Assembly (NCBI GenBank): GCA_965229185.1
Contig: OZ245870.1
Span: 5,599,761 to 5,631,760, forward strand
Length of the DNA: 32,000 bases
Direction: 5' to 3'
From: Chryseolinea sp.
GTDB lineage: Bacteria; Bacteroidota; Bacteroidia; Cytophagales; Cyclobacteriaceae
The translations under genes were made by a program, and so were the position numbers. This document shows positions 17,969 through 26,374 of this stretch, one piece after another. The number at the start of each line of letters is the position of its first letter. The stretch's first letter is position 1. Below the pieces are notes generated by a model that did no database searches, was not told the DNA's origin, and was given only the letters and a program-made list of their open reading frames with translations.

Positions 17969-18203
17969 ATGAATTGCCTACAATTTGAGATCGAATATTC
18001 TTTGCTGCTTCAGGTCCTATACAGTTATCAATTGTTGCAATTGACAGTGCCCGTTTTAAGAAAATCAGGCTCAGTTATGGACGGCTCCGCTGTAAAGCGT
18101 GCTGTTGATACGATGGAGAAAAATCTATAGTTGAACTGTTTAACGATCGATAAAATTCTTACCGGAAGTGTCCTTCCAATACAAGTCATCATGAGGGGAA
18201 ATT

Positions 18204-19268
18204 TTAACTGGATTTTTCGTTCCTGATTTTAGCAACGGTGCATGAGAGTAGAATGATGAAATAAAGCAGAATACTGATAACGGAAATCAACCCACTCCAT
18301 AAACGAATGAAGTGAGGTATGATAGCCATATCAGCCAATATCCGAAGCGCGATGGAAGAAAGCATTGTAAGTAGTGGAAAATAGAGTAGCGGATGATAGG
18401 GTTTAATAGTAAATCCAAGAACGCCGGGAAGGATAAAAGGGCCATGAGCAAAGATCATGGTAAAGGCAAACCCCAGAAAGAAGGTATGTACAATCGCATC
18501 GTAGGCAAATGGAAGATCAGGTAAAGTAATCATAAGAGTTCCGGTAATGATGAGCGACAGGCATCCGGCCAGTAGCGCATAGGCGGAGAAACGAGTTAGC
18601 CCGTCTTTTTTTAAAGCGACTGAAATTATATCATGACGGATTAGCCAAAGCCCAACTGAAATCAACGATATGCCCGCAAAGTATTTTCCAATTCCGTGAA
18701 AGGGAAGAAAAATACCCATTAGAAAAAGTAGAGCAAAGCCAACAAGAATGTTTTTGTTTTTTCTGGTGACAGGTAAAAATTTTGAGAGTTCAAGTCGCTC
18801 TCCCACAATAATGAAGAGTATAAAACCCATCCACCATGGAAAGACCAGGGGATAAAATTGCTTTGCAATCAACAGGCTGTGACCAATGATTTGACAACAT
18901 GCTCCCACAAGCATAAATATCAGGGAAAGATCGTTCGGTTGCTTCCTTAAATATAGTATAAAGACAACAAGGAGTCCTGCGGAACCAATAACAAGAAAGC
19001 TTAAGCCTATGTAATAGAACCCTGGTACAAGCATCACCAAACTAAGTGAGTTTAATATAGGGAGTAGATACAGTACCGGTCGCTTTAGTGGAATTACCTT
19101 TTCTAATAAGATCAATGTTCCGAGAAAACCACCTACCATAATGGCTCCGTGATGAACCGCTATTTCATTCATTGGGAACTCCCAACCGATACGGATTAAC
19201 CCGGCCAGCATACCAGTAACTAAATTTGCAAATGCGAATAGCATAAAGGGAAGCCGAATCTTTATCAT
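18204..19268 (-). CDS. Polytopic membrane protein (about 10-12 TM), possibly NnrS-like; function unknown
   Basis: 354 aa, almost entirely hydrophobic helices with conserved-looking His (AVHHGAIMVGGF, HTFFLGFAFTMIFAHGP) and VGERLELSKF. The resemblance to NnrS haem-copper membrane proteins is tentative. Confidence 0.35.
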   Translation of the reverse strand: MIKIRLPFMLFAFANLVTGMLAGLIRIGWEFPMNEIAVHHGAIMVGGFLGTLILLEKVIPLKRPVLYLLPILNSLSLVMLVPGFYYIGLSFLVIGSAGLLVVFILYLRKQPNDLSLIFMLVGACCQIIGHSLLIAKQFYPLVFPWWMGFILFIIVGERLELSKFLPVTRKNKNILVGFALLFLMGIFLPFHGIGKYFAGISLISVGLWLIRHDIISVALKKDGLTRFSAYALLAGCLSLIITGTLMITLPDLPFAYDAIVHTFFLGFAFTMIFAHGPFILPGVLGFTIKPYHPLLYFPLLTMLSSIALRILADMAIIPHFIRLWSGLISVISILLYFIILLSCTVAKIRNEKSS

Positions 19269-19441
19269 GACAACTTCAACGGGTTACAAAACAATGTTAA
19301 TCTTTCTGTCGCGATGGTTAAAATCATTTTTTGAGCTATAAAGTCTGAATCGTATTGTGCATTTTAGTTTGAATGCATTGAAAATGAAAGGTCTGATTAT
19401 CTCAACAATGGATATTGTATGAAACTGTTTCAGCACTTGCG

Positions 19442-20209
19442 TTAGCCTGTTTTGCCAAGTTTGCTATTGGCCATGACCTCTTTTTCAAGAGCCATGATTT
19501 TTGGAAATAGAATATTATTTTCCAGATGAATGTGTGTAAGGAGATCTTCCTCAAATTCCTGAAGCCTCTTATATAAGAGAGTATAAGAACTACACGCCTT
19601 TGGAGGAAGAGTATAATTTCCGCACAGTTCTCTCAGTTTGATCAGGCATTGGCTGGCGTATTCATGTTCCGCTTTCATAACTTCAATCGGGTGGATGAGT
19701 GAGTAACCAATTTCATCGATCTTTTCCCGATAACACGGAGGCAGGTGGTCATTCAGTTTCGTCAGCTTAGCAACAGCAGGAAATAAAATAACCTCTTCTT
19801 TATACATGTTTTGAGATAGTTCTGCTGAAAGAATTTCAAATTGTGTATGAATGTCCACCAATTCAGGATGTAGTGCGCCATGCACGGCCATGACTTTCTT
19901 TGTTAGAAATGAAATTTCGGGTGTAACTTTTTTTACATACATGTGATGATTCGCAATGATGTAGTTGGCCAGAAGCTCCATCGGCCAGTCCTTCACTCTG
20001 ATCTTCACGGGTTGGGTATCGGTAATTCCCTGATTTAACTGCTCGATAATGTTTTCCTGGTTGACATTTGCCCTGCGACAGGCCTCCTCGAAGTTGAGTT
20101 TACCATTGCAGCAATAATCAATTTTGAATTTTTCAAATACCTTGATAGAACCTGGATTTCTGTTTATAATTTCCGAGACTGAGGTTACCCGTATGTTTTG
20201 GTCTTTCAT
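19442..20209 (-). CDS. ric: Iron-sulfur cluster repair di-iron protein (RIC / YtfE / ScdA family), copy 2
   Basis: FKIDYCCNGK N-terminal motif. Hemerythrin-like region with ANHHMYVKK, YKEEVILFPAV, AEHEYA and HIHLENNILFP. Starts 20 nt after norB (same operon). Confidence 0.85.
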   Translation of the reverse strand: MKDQNIRVTSVSEIINRNPGSIKVFEKFKIDYCCNGKLNFEEACRRANVNQENIIEQLNQGITDTQPVKIRVKDWPMELLANYIIANHHMYVKKVTPEISFLTKKVMAVHGALHPELVDIHTQFEILSAELSQNMYKEEVILFPAVAKLTKLNDHLPPCYREKIDEIGYSLIHPIEVMKAEHEYASQCLIKLRELCGNYTLPPKACSSYTLLYKRLQEFEEDLLTHIHLENNILFPKIMALEKEVMANSKLGKTG

Positions 20210-20229
20210 ATTATGGACTAATCCGTTAT

Positions 20230-22614
20230 CTACTTTTCGTCTGAATTGTCTGCGTTCACATTTTCTGAATGGCTGATAACTTTTCCGTTTTTGACAGGAG
20301 AACCATTCATAGCGATGTGGATTTTGTCTTTTAAACTTCCTGACCGTGAAACAATAAACCAGGCCAGAGGAATAACACCGCCAACAACAAATAGAGATCC
20401 ACCCACAATGCGCATCCAGGTTAAGGTCTGAAAGGGGGTACTCTCAATGAATTGGTTACTGCGGCCAAACCATAACCCTTTCTCAAGTACGGCATTGAAT
20501 TGTAAAATACCTGCCGGAAACAAATCCAAAAACACCATTAACAGAAGCCCTACGTTGATAGACCAGAACGATACTGAAATAAGTTTTGGATTCCATTGTT
20601 TGGGTTCAAACAATAACTGGCAACAGAAAAGTATAGCGGCTAACGAAAGATTTCCGTAGACACCCATTAAGGCCGCATGACCATGATTTACGGTTAGGTA
20701 TGTACCGTGTTCATAATAGTTTGCAATAGGTAAGTTGATGATAAAGCCCATCACCCCAGCCCCGAAGAAGTTCCAGAAGTTTACACCGATCAAAAACAGG
20801 AACACTTCTGAAAAACCAAAACTATTACTTTGATATCCATTTCCATTTTCAATTTCATTTTTCTCCAGTTGCTTTGGCAATTTGCTGAAGCGCCACGCCT
20901 CCAACGTTAGTAAAATCAAAGGAACAACCTGAAGTGTTGAGAACACTGATCCTAGCGCCATAGTAAAGACTGGCTTTGCATTCCAATAAAAGTTATGGGA
21001 GATACCCAGGAGACCTGATCCCAGGAAAAGTAAACAAGCCAGATAAATTACGCGAATCGCAGCCTGCACACTGACCAGTCCCATCAGGACCATAAAGTAA
21101 CCAATGAGCACAGTGGTAAAGACTTCGAAGAATGCTTCGGCCCACATGTGTACCACCATCCATCGCCAAAAATCAGCAATAACAAAGTTAGTGTCTGGTG
21201 TAAACATGAATCCGGAGCTAAGCAGGACCAGTATACAGAGTGTTGCATAGACCAGCCAGTTGGGTAATGCCCAGGGTTGTTTCAGACTCATTACTGATTT
21301 TAGTCCACGATATAGTATAACTACCCATAGAACAAGGATACCATATAATAGTATTTGCCAGATTTTTCCAGGCTCCAGGTATTCCCAACCCTGGTGACCT
21401 ATCCAATACCAGTTTTCACCGGCCAGTCCCTTTGGTCCTATAAAAATTCCCACTATTGCGCCAACTACCAGTAAAATGATCAGCCAGAACATGGTATTGA
21501 TTAATGTTAATTGTTTGCGAGGCTCCTGGGGTGATAACATGGGCATGACAAATAATGAAACGCCAATCCAGCATGCCGAAATCCACAGCAGCGATAGTTG
21601 TACATGCCAGCTGCGGGTAATGGTTATGGGTAATGCTTCGGAAATGTCAAAGCCCCAGAAATTGACAAAGCCAACGAAGTCGTGCACCGTTAAAATCCCG
21701 GCCAGCACTTGTACAACAAAGAGAAGAATGGCAGCGTAGAAATATTTGTACGTGGCGCGTTGGGTTGCCGTTGGTTGAAATTTGGAGACCCCTGTCTTCG
21801 TCATCAATGGACTGGCATTTTTGGTAAAAACCTCATCATCTAGTTTTTCCAATTTTCCATGATAGAAAAGTACAATACCCAATCCCAGCAATAATCCTAG
21901 CGATCCAACGATACTCCATATTAGCACGGCTGAACTAGGCGCGTTACCCGCTGACGGATCATAAGGCCAATTGTGTGTATAGCTATAGTCTTTACCTGGC
22001 CTCTCTACACCGCATACCCAGCTTGACCAAAAGAAAAATGCGGTGAGAGATCGTATTTCATTTTGATCGGTGATGTAACCCTTCGGTTTAAAGGATTGGG
22101 GATGGCTTGAACTTGTAAAAACAGCCATGTAATATGCGATCAATTCATTGGCAGCAAAGGACTGTGCATCGGTGAGTTTTACCGTATTGTCAGATGCCTG
22201 ATACTGATTTGATTTTATTTCCCTCTTTACCAATTCAGAAATACCATAGCGTTGAAACGTTTGATCTTCGGATTTCGTGGTAATCGATTTGAGATAGTAG
22301 TCTGCCATAAATTCCGCAGTATAATGAAGGGCTTCAGCGGAATAGTCGGGTCCCCGATTTGCCCCGTCACCAAACATGCTGCCATATTCCATTAAGGCAT
22401 ACTTTTGAAATACCTTCTGACCGTTCATTACATCATCATGCGTAAATACCGGATCTCCTTCCTGGGTGGTGAAATTGGGGATGGGTGGAGCTTCCGTGTA
22501 GGTGTGCAGCCCAATCATAAAGACACCGGAAAAACTTATCGTAAAGATGATCATTAAAGGAAGCCACCAGTTTTTGGGCTTCATCAGGAAGTCAAGAAAA
22601 GTTTTCTGTGCCAT
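20230..22614 (-). CDS. norB: Quinol-dependent nitric oxide reductase (qNor, NorZ/NorB large single-subunit form)
   Basis: 794 aa. N-terminal TM plus periplasmic extension, then a 12-TM haem-copper oxidase core with His ligand motifs (HNWPYD, WHVQLSL, HMWAEAFFEVF, HNFYWNA, VNHGHAALMGVYGN). Confidence 0.93.
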   Translation of the reverse strand: MAQKTFLDFLMKPKNWWLPLMIIFTISFSGVFMIGLHTYTEAPPIPNFTTQEGDPVFTHDDVMNGQKVFQKYALMEYGSMFGDGANRGPDYSAEALHYTAEFMADYYLKSITTKSEDQTFQRYGISELVKREIKSNQYQASDNTVKLTDAQSFAANELIAYYMAVFTSSSHPQSFKPKGYITDQNEIRSLTAFFFWSSWVCGVERPGKDYSYTHNWPYDPSAGNAPSSAVLIWSIVGSLGLLLGLGIVLFYHGKLEKLDDEVFTKNASPLMTKTGVSKFQPTATQRATYKYFYAAILLFVVQVLAGILTVHDFVGFVNFWGFDISEALPITITRSWHVQLSLLWISACWIGVSLFVMPMLSPQEPRKQLTLINTMFWLIILLVVGAIVGIFIGPKGLAGENWYWIGHQGWEYLEPGKIWQILLYGILVLWVVILYRGLKSVMSLKQPWALPNWLVYATLCILVLLSSGFMFTPDTNFVIADFWRWMVVHMWAEAFFEVFTTVLIGYFMVLMGLVSVQAAIRVIYLACLLFLGSGLLGISHNFYWNAKPVFTMALGSVFSTLQVVPLILLTLEAWRFSKLPKQLEKNEIENGNGYQSNSFGFSEVFLFLIGVNFWNFFGAGVMGFIINLPIANYYEHGTYLTVNHGHAALMGVYGNLSLAAILFCCQLLFEPKQWNPKLISVSFWSINVGLLLMVFLDLFPAGILQFNAVLEKGLWFGRSNQFIESTPFQTLTWMRIVGGSLFVVGGVIPLAWFIVSRSGSLKDKIHIAMNGSPVKNGKVISHSENVNADNSDEK

Positions 22615-22634
22615 TGTACCGCAATTAGTGTTTT

Positions 22635-22671
22635 ACAAAAATAATAAAAGACAATTTAGTCTTTATATAAA
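22635..22671 (-). promoter_or_regulatory. norB promoter/operator cassette: -7 box TATTTTTG plus 18-bp dyad AAAGAC-AATTTA-GTCTTT
   Basis: 35/37 identical to 26918-26954. The dyad (22647-22664) ends 3 nt upstream of the -7 box (22643-22636 on the minus strand), so it overlaps the -33 region (repressor-like position). Confidence 0.55.
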
Positions 22672-22696
22672 TAAAGGATAATTTTGTCTTTTATTT

Positions 22697-22723
22697 AAAA
22701 AAGCACCTCTGAGGGCTTTTTTT
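22697..22723. terminator. Bidirectional terminator-like hairpin between divergent norB and kinase genes
   Basis: AAAAAAGC(A)CC-TCTGA-GGGCTTTTTTT: A6 and T7 tracts flank a short G+C stem, so it reads as an intrinsic terminator on both strands. No annotated gene ends here. Confidence 0.35.
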
Positions 22724-22881
22724 AGCCGTTTCTTATTTCGCTCATCCGCAATGATAACAAGACAGGAGAACGAGATCCCCCGTTTACTGCAATGATTGTG
22801 TTAGATGCTACCGTCTGGAGTTTGACCCGGCCTACAGAGGATCATTCTTTAAGTCCATTTCATTCTAATATTTAAACCCAA

Positions 22882-22895
22882 CTGACAAATGTCAT
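22882..22895 (+). promoter_or_regulatory. Crp/Fnr-type dyad CTGAC-AAAT-GTCAT upstream of the histidine kinase
   Basis: Perfect TGAC/GTCA inverted repeat. The centre (22888.5) is 29.5 bp before the -7-like box TACCTTCG (22918-22925), 21 nt upstream of the kinase ATG. Confidence 0.45.
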
Positions 22896-22945
22896 TCAGT
22901 GGGTCTCTGCGTAATCCTACCTTCGATTGAAATAATAGTTGAAAA

Positions 22946-24388
22946 ATGGGAGTGTCTAGATTTTTTTCCTGGTCCGTGGTTGTCGGTATCGTATTAATGC
23001 TGGGACTTTTTGTAATCGAAATATTCACCCATGTGCTGGGTAATGTTGCCTATGTTGCCATTGCTGGTTATGCATTATGGATAACAAAGGATCATGCACA
23101 AATTACAGTTATTACCATTGTTGCCACCATTCTGCTGATCGTGGGATATGGTATTGTCGTAAGCCTTCCACAGTCGGAAGACCATCTCACTTTTTTTGTT
23201 AATCGGATATCAGCATTGATCGTATTGTGGTTTGAGTATTTCTTTATCCTGCGTTACCGTAGTACGCAAGCCAAAGAACTTTCACAACGCAAGGAATTGG
23301 AGCAGCGGCAGTTGGAAGAAGAACGTCTCAAGAGTAGTTTGGAGATATACCAGGCGATCGCACGTAATTTTCCCATCGGATGGATTGGAATACTGGATGA
23401 GACGTTTACCTATATTGTCGCGGACGGACAAGGATTTGGTGCAACCGGAATAAAAGCGGGAGATTTGATCGGAAAGAAATTCTCGGATATCCTGGAGAAT
23501 AGTAAAAATGAAATGTACCTGAAGGAAGTGTTGCAAGGTAAGACGGTTGAGTTCGAGATAAGCCATAAAGACAGAATCTTTGAAATCAATGCCAGCCCGC
23601 TACACGGTCGTGTCCAGTCGAAGTGGATGTTGGTGGTTGTACACGACATCACCACCGTCAAAGAAACCGAAACGGGACTTATCAAAGCACTTGAAAAAGA
23701 GCAGGAACTTGGAGAACTGAAATCGCGATTTATCACGATGGCGTCTCACGAATTCCGAACGCCACTCACTACAATCATGACCTCTGCCAGCTTACTCTCC
23801 GGCTATGATCGTGATAAATATGAGAATGAAAAGAATGCACACCTTGCCAGGATAAAAAGATCTGTCAATTTGCTTACCGATATTCTGAAAAATTTTCTTT
23901 CGCTTGGAAAAGTCGATGTAGAAGAAATGCAACCCCACTACGAGACTTTTCATTTTCGCGAGTTTCTCGATGAGTTGATCGAAGAGAATGAATCCCTTAG
24001 ACCGTCCAATCAAAAACTTACCATCAAACATTCTGGGGCAGCGAAAATTGTGTCTGATAAAAATTATCTTAAAACCATTCTTCATAATTTGTTATCCAAC
24101 GCCTTTAAATACTCCCTTCAGGGTGGACAGGTTTTACTGGAGACAAGGTATCAGAGTGGTTTGTTGAATGTGCGTGTAACAGACTATGGAATCGGAATCC
24201 CTCAAGCGGATCAAAAGTATATTTTTGAGCATTTTTTTCGCGGTCAGAATGCCGTCAACATAAAAGGTACGGGCTTGGGATTGTGCATTGTACAGCAATA
24301 CGTCAAAATACTTAAAGGAAGCATTGACTTCCAAAGCGTTCCTGGTGAAGGAACAATTTTCACACTCTCTTTAGGAGGAGTAGAATAA
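22946..24388 (+). CDS. Sensor histidine kinase (membrane N-terminus, PAS-like domain, HisKA, HATPase_c); no cognate response regulator adjacent
   Basis: About four N-terminal TM helices and a coiled linker. H-box MASHEFRTPLT, N-box LLSNAFKYS, G-boxes DYGIGIP and GTGLGLCIVQQY. Confidence 0.9.
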   Translation: MGVSRFFSWSVVVGIVLMLGLFVIEIFTHVLGNVAYVAIAGYALWITKDHAQITVITIVATILLIVGYGIVVSLPQSEDHLTFFVNRISALIVLWFEYFFILRYRSTQAKELSQRKELEQRQLEEERLKSSLEIYQAIARNFPIGWIGILDETFTYIVADGQGFGATGIKAGDLIGKKFSDILENSKNEMYLKEVLQGKTVEFEISHKDRIFEINASPLHGRVQSKWMLVVVHDITTVKETETGLIKALEKEQELGELKSRFITMASHEFRTPLTTIMTSASLLSGYDRDKYENEKNAHLARIKRSVNLLTDILKNFLSLGKVDVEEMQPHYETFHFREFLDELIEENESLRPSNQKLTIKHSGAAKIVSDKNYLKTILHNLLSNAFKYSLQGGQVLLETRYQSGLLNVRVTDYGIGIPQADQKYIFEHFFRGQNAVNIKGTGLGLCIVQQYVKILKGSIDFQSVPGEGTIFTLSLGGVE

Positions 24389-24412
24389 ATAAACCGTTGG
24401 CTGAAGGCCATT

Positions 24413-24457
24413 AAAAAAAATCATAAGCTCCAACCGTAAGGGATTGAGGCTTATGAT
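24413..24457 (-). terminator. Rho-independent terminator after nrdJ (minus strand)
   Basis: ATCATAAGC (24420-24428) pairs with GCTTATGAT (24449-24457), with partially paired interior. On the minus strand it is followed by T8 (24413-24420). Confidence 0.65.
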
Positions 24458-24482
24458 CGTTAAACCTTATCGTCTTTCAATA

Positions 24483-26333
24483 TTACTGAATGACACAAGC
24501 ACCGCCTGCACAGGCAGCCTCAGCTTGCAGATCCGTAGCATCATCCGGTTCATACACCTTGCTTAGGTCTATGTTCGATAGAGCATGCTCCAGTTCTTCA
24601 AAACGTTCCCGCGTGATGTCCTCAAACGGAGGCTGTTTATAGTTTCCATTATCATATGGCAATACGCTTAGACCGTTATAGCTGGCTTTATTTTTCCACA
24701 TCCATTCACCGACCTTAGCCCATTCTTCATCTCGAATGGAAACCGTTGCCGACACATTGTTGGCGTTGTCTCCCATACGATATCCGTTGCGAACCCATTG
24801 CATGTTAAACAACTTTACCCGTTCCAGCATCTCCATAACGTCTTCGGTCCGAATGATGCTGCCTTCCGGTGCTTTCTGAGGTATGCAAACAATGCCCTGC
24901 TTGCTATTCAACATATCATCTTCCAGCAATTCCGGATGATAGATTTTAAGATAGTCGTACAACGCTTCATTTTTTCCGATGCGCATTCTTCTCAGATAAT
25001 GGTCGTTGTGCCAGGCATGAATTCCGGATGAAGTTCCGAGCACGAGAGAACTTGTGCCAGAGGGTTTGATGGTCGTACAGCGAGCAGCAAATTGAATCCC
25101 AATCCTGGCAGTAGTTTCAATGTTTACGTGCTTTACTTCCCCGGCCGCCTCTTTTAAATCTAACTTGGTCACTCGTCCACTCGCTATGCCTGTCATGCCG
25201 ACACCAATCAATGCATCTTGCTCGGTGGTATGCTTCCATACATCGCGTAGGTAGTGGAAGTCTGTGAAGCCCGCTTGAAGTGTTCCCAGGAATCCAGCAG
25301 CGCGAGCACGTGCGTTCAATTCTTCCTGTGTCTCAACATCCGATACATTCACTTCACAGAGGTTGCAAAACTGAAATGGCCTCAAGGCAATTTCACAACA
25401 GGGATTCGTACCCCAGTCAGGATGATTGCTGAAGTAAAAACCAGGTTCACCCGCTCCGGATAATTCAATCTTTTTCCACAGATCCATAAACTCCGCCTGC
25501 GTGGTGTACTCGCGTGAAAGTACAGCCGAGTTGTTGGCACGACCACGCTGCTCATTTAATTCCCACCAATTACCAAATTTGCAGGTTAGCATTTCTTCAT
25601 CTTCCGGTGAAAACAGTGATATCATGGCTGATCTTCGTATACCTCCTGCAAGCACGGCATTGGCAATGTGACACATGATGTCGTGACACTCCAATGGAGT
25701 GAGTTGTTCGCCATCCCGTTTTCGATCAAGAGTGGCCGTAACGTGTGCATGACAAACTTTCAAGGGTTCGGGGCCCGGAGCTTTTCCTCCGGCTGTTACT
25801 AAACGTGCGCCTTTGGGCCGTATATCCGAATAGTCAAACAGTGGCATAGCATCGCTTTGGCCAAAATAGGCTTTCATGATCATCTTGATCGAATCAGCCC
25901 ATCCTTCCAGACTGTCACCTATTAAAAATCTTCTGGTCTTCTCTGCCTTATGAATAGCAGGAAGTTTGGTTACGTGATGAAGTTGAACAGAAAACCCTAC
26001 ACCGGTTCCCCCCAACAATAAAAACATGGCTTCTGAAAATGAACGAATATCATCCACAGGCATATACGCACAGTTATAGATACGACTATTGTTCTTCACA
26101 ATCGGTGCCCCGGCAAACTGCATAGCACGCATGGAGGGAAGCACCTTTTTCTGCACAACCCAAGTCATGTTTTCCCTGATCTCGGTTACCAGGTGAGGAT
26201 ACTTTTCGATCATCATGTTTTCATAACGGCTACAGATTTCCGGCCATAATTCCCTTCGTTGATGTTCGGGGATATATCGTGCGTACTTCATGTAAATGAC
26301 AATGTCACTGAGAATTTCCTGATTAAGTTCCAT
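24483..26333 (-). CDS. nrdJ: Class II (adenosylcobalamin-dependent) ribonucleotide reductase, monomeric-type, no ATP-cone
   Basis: RNR active-site finger TNPCCEIALRPFQFCNLCEVNV (thiyl Cys plus Glu), TIKPSGTSS loop, LLGGTGVGFS, and a C-terminal redox Cys pair AACAGGACVIQ. 616 aa. Confidence 0.8.
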   Translation of the reverse strand: MELNQEILSDIVIYMKYARYIPEHQRRELWPEICSRYENMMIEKYPHLVTEIRENMTWVVQKKVLPSMRAMQFAGAPIVKNNSRIYNCAYMPVDDIRSFSEAMFLLLGGTGVGFSVQLHHVTKLPAIHKAEKTRRFLIGDSLEGWADSIKMIMKAYFGQSDAMPLFDYSDIRPKGARLVTAGGKAPGPEPLKVCHAHVTATLDRKRDGEQLTPLECHDIMCHIANAVLAGGIRRSAMISLFSPEDEEMLTCKFGNWWELNEQRGRANNSAVLSREYTTQAEFMDLWKKIELSGAGEPGFYFSNHPDWGTNPCCEIALRPFQFCNLCEVNVSDVETQEELNARARAAGFLGTLQAGFTDFHYLRDVWKHTTEQDALIGVGMTGIASGRVTKLDLKEAAGEVKHVNIETTARIGIQFAARCTTIKPSGTSSLVLGTSSGIHAWHNDHYLRRMRIGKNEALYDYLKIYHPELLEDDMLNSKQGIVCIPQKAPEGSIIRTEDVMEMLERVKLFNMQWVRNGYRMGDNANNVSATVSIRDEEWAKVGEWMWKNKASYNGLSVLPYDNGNYKQPPFEDITRERFEELEHALSNIDLSKVYEPDDATDLQAEAACAGGACVIQ

Positions 26334-26374
26334 GGTTGTTAGTGGTTTTAGTTTAAAAAATGTTTTTAAAGTGC

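Noticed and set aside
17936-18130. 64-aa plus-strand ORF in the 326-nt gap upstream of the nos operon
   Set aside because: It overlaps the predicted nos promoter and Crp/Fnr-type dyad. It has no recognisable motif or signal, and its composition is intergenic-like. A small protein cannot be fully excluded without ribosome profiling.
19358-19377. TGCATT-N8-AATGCA inverted repeat resembling the gammaproteobacterial NsrR half-sites (ATGCATTT/AAATGCAT)
   Set aside because: The spacing is wrong (8 nt instead of ~3), only 6-bp arms are present, and no associated -7 box exists. This is likely chance in AT-rich DNA.
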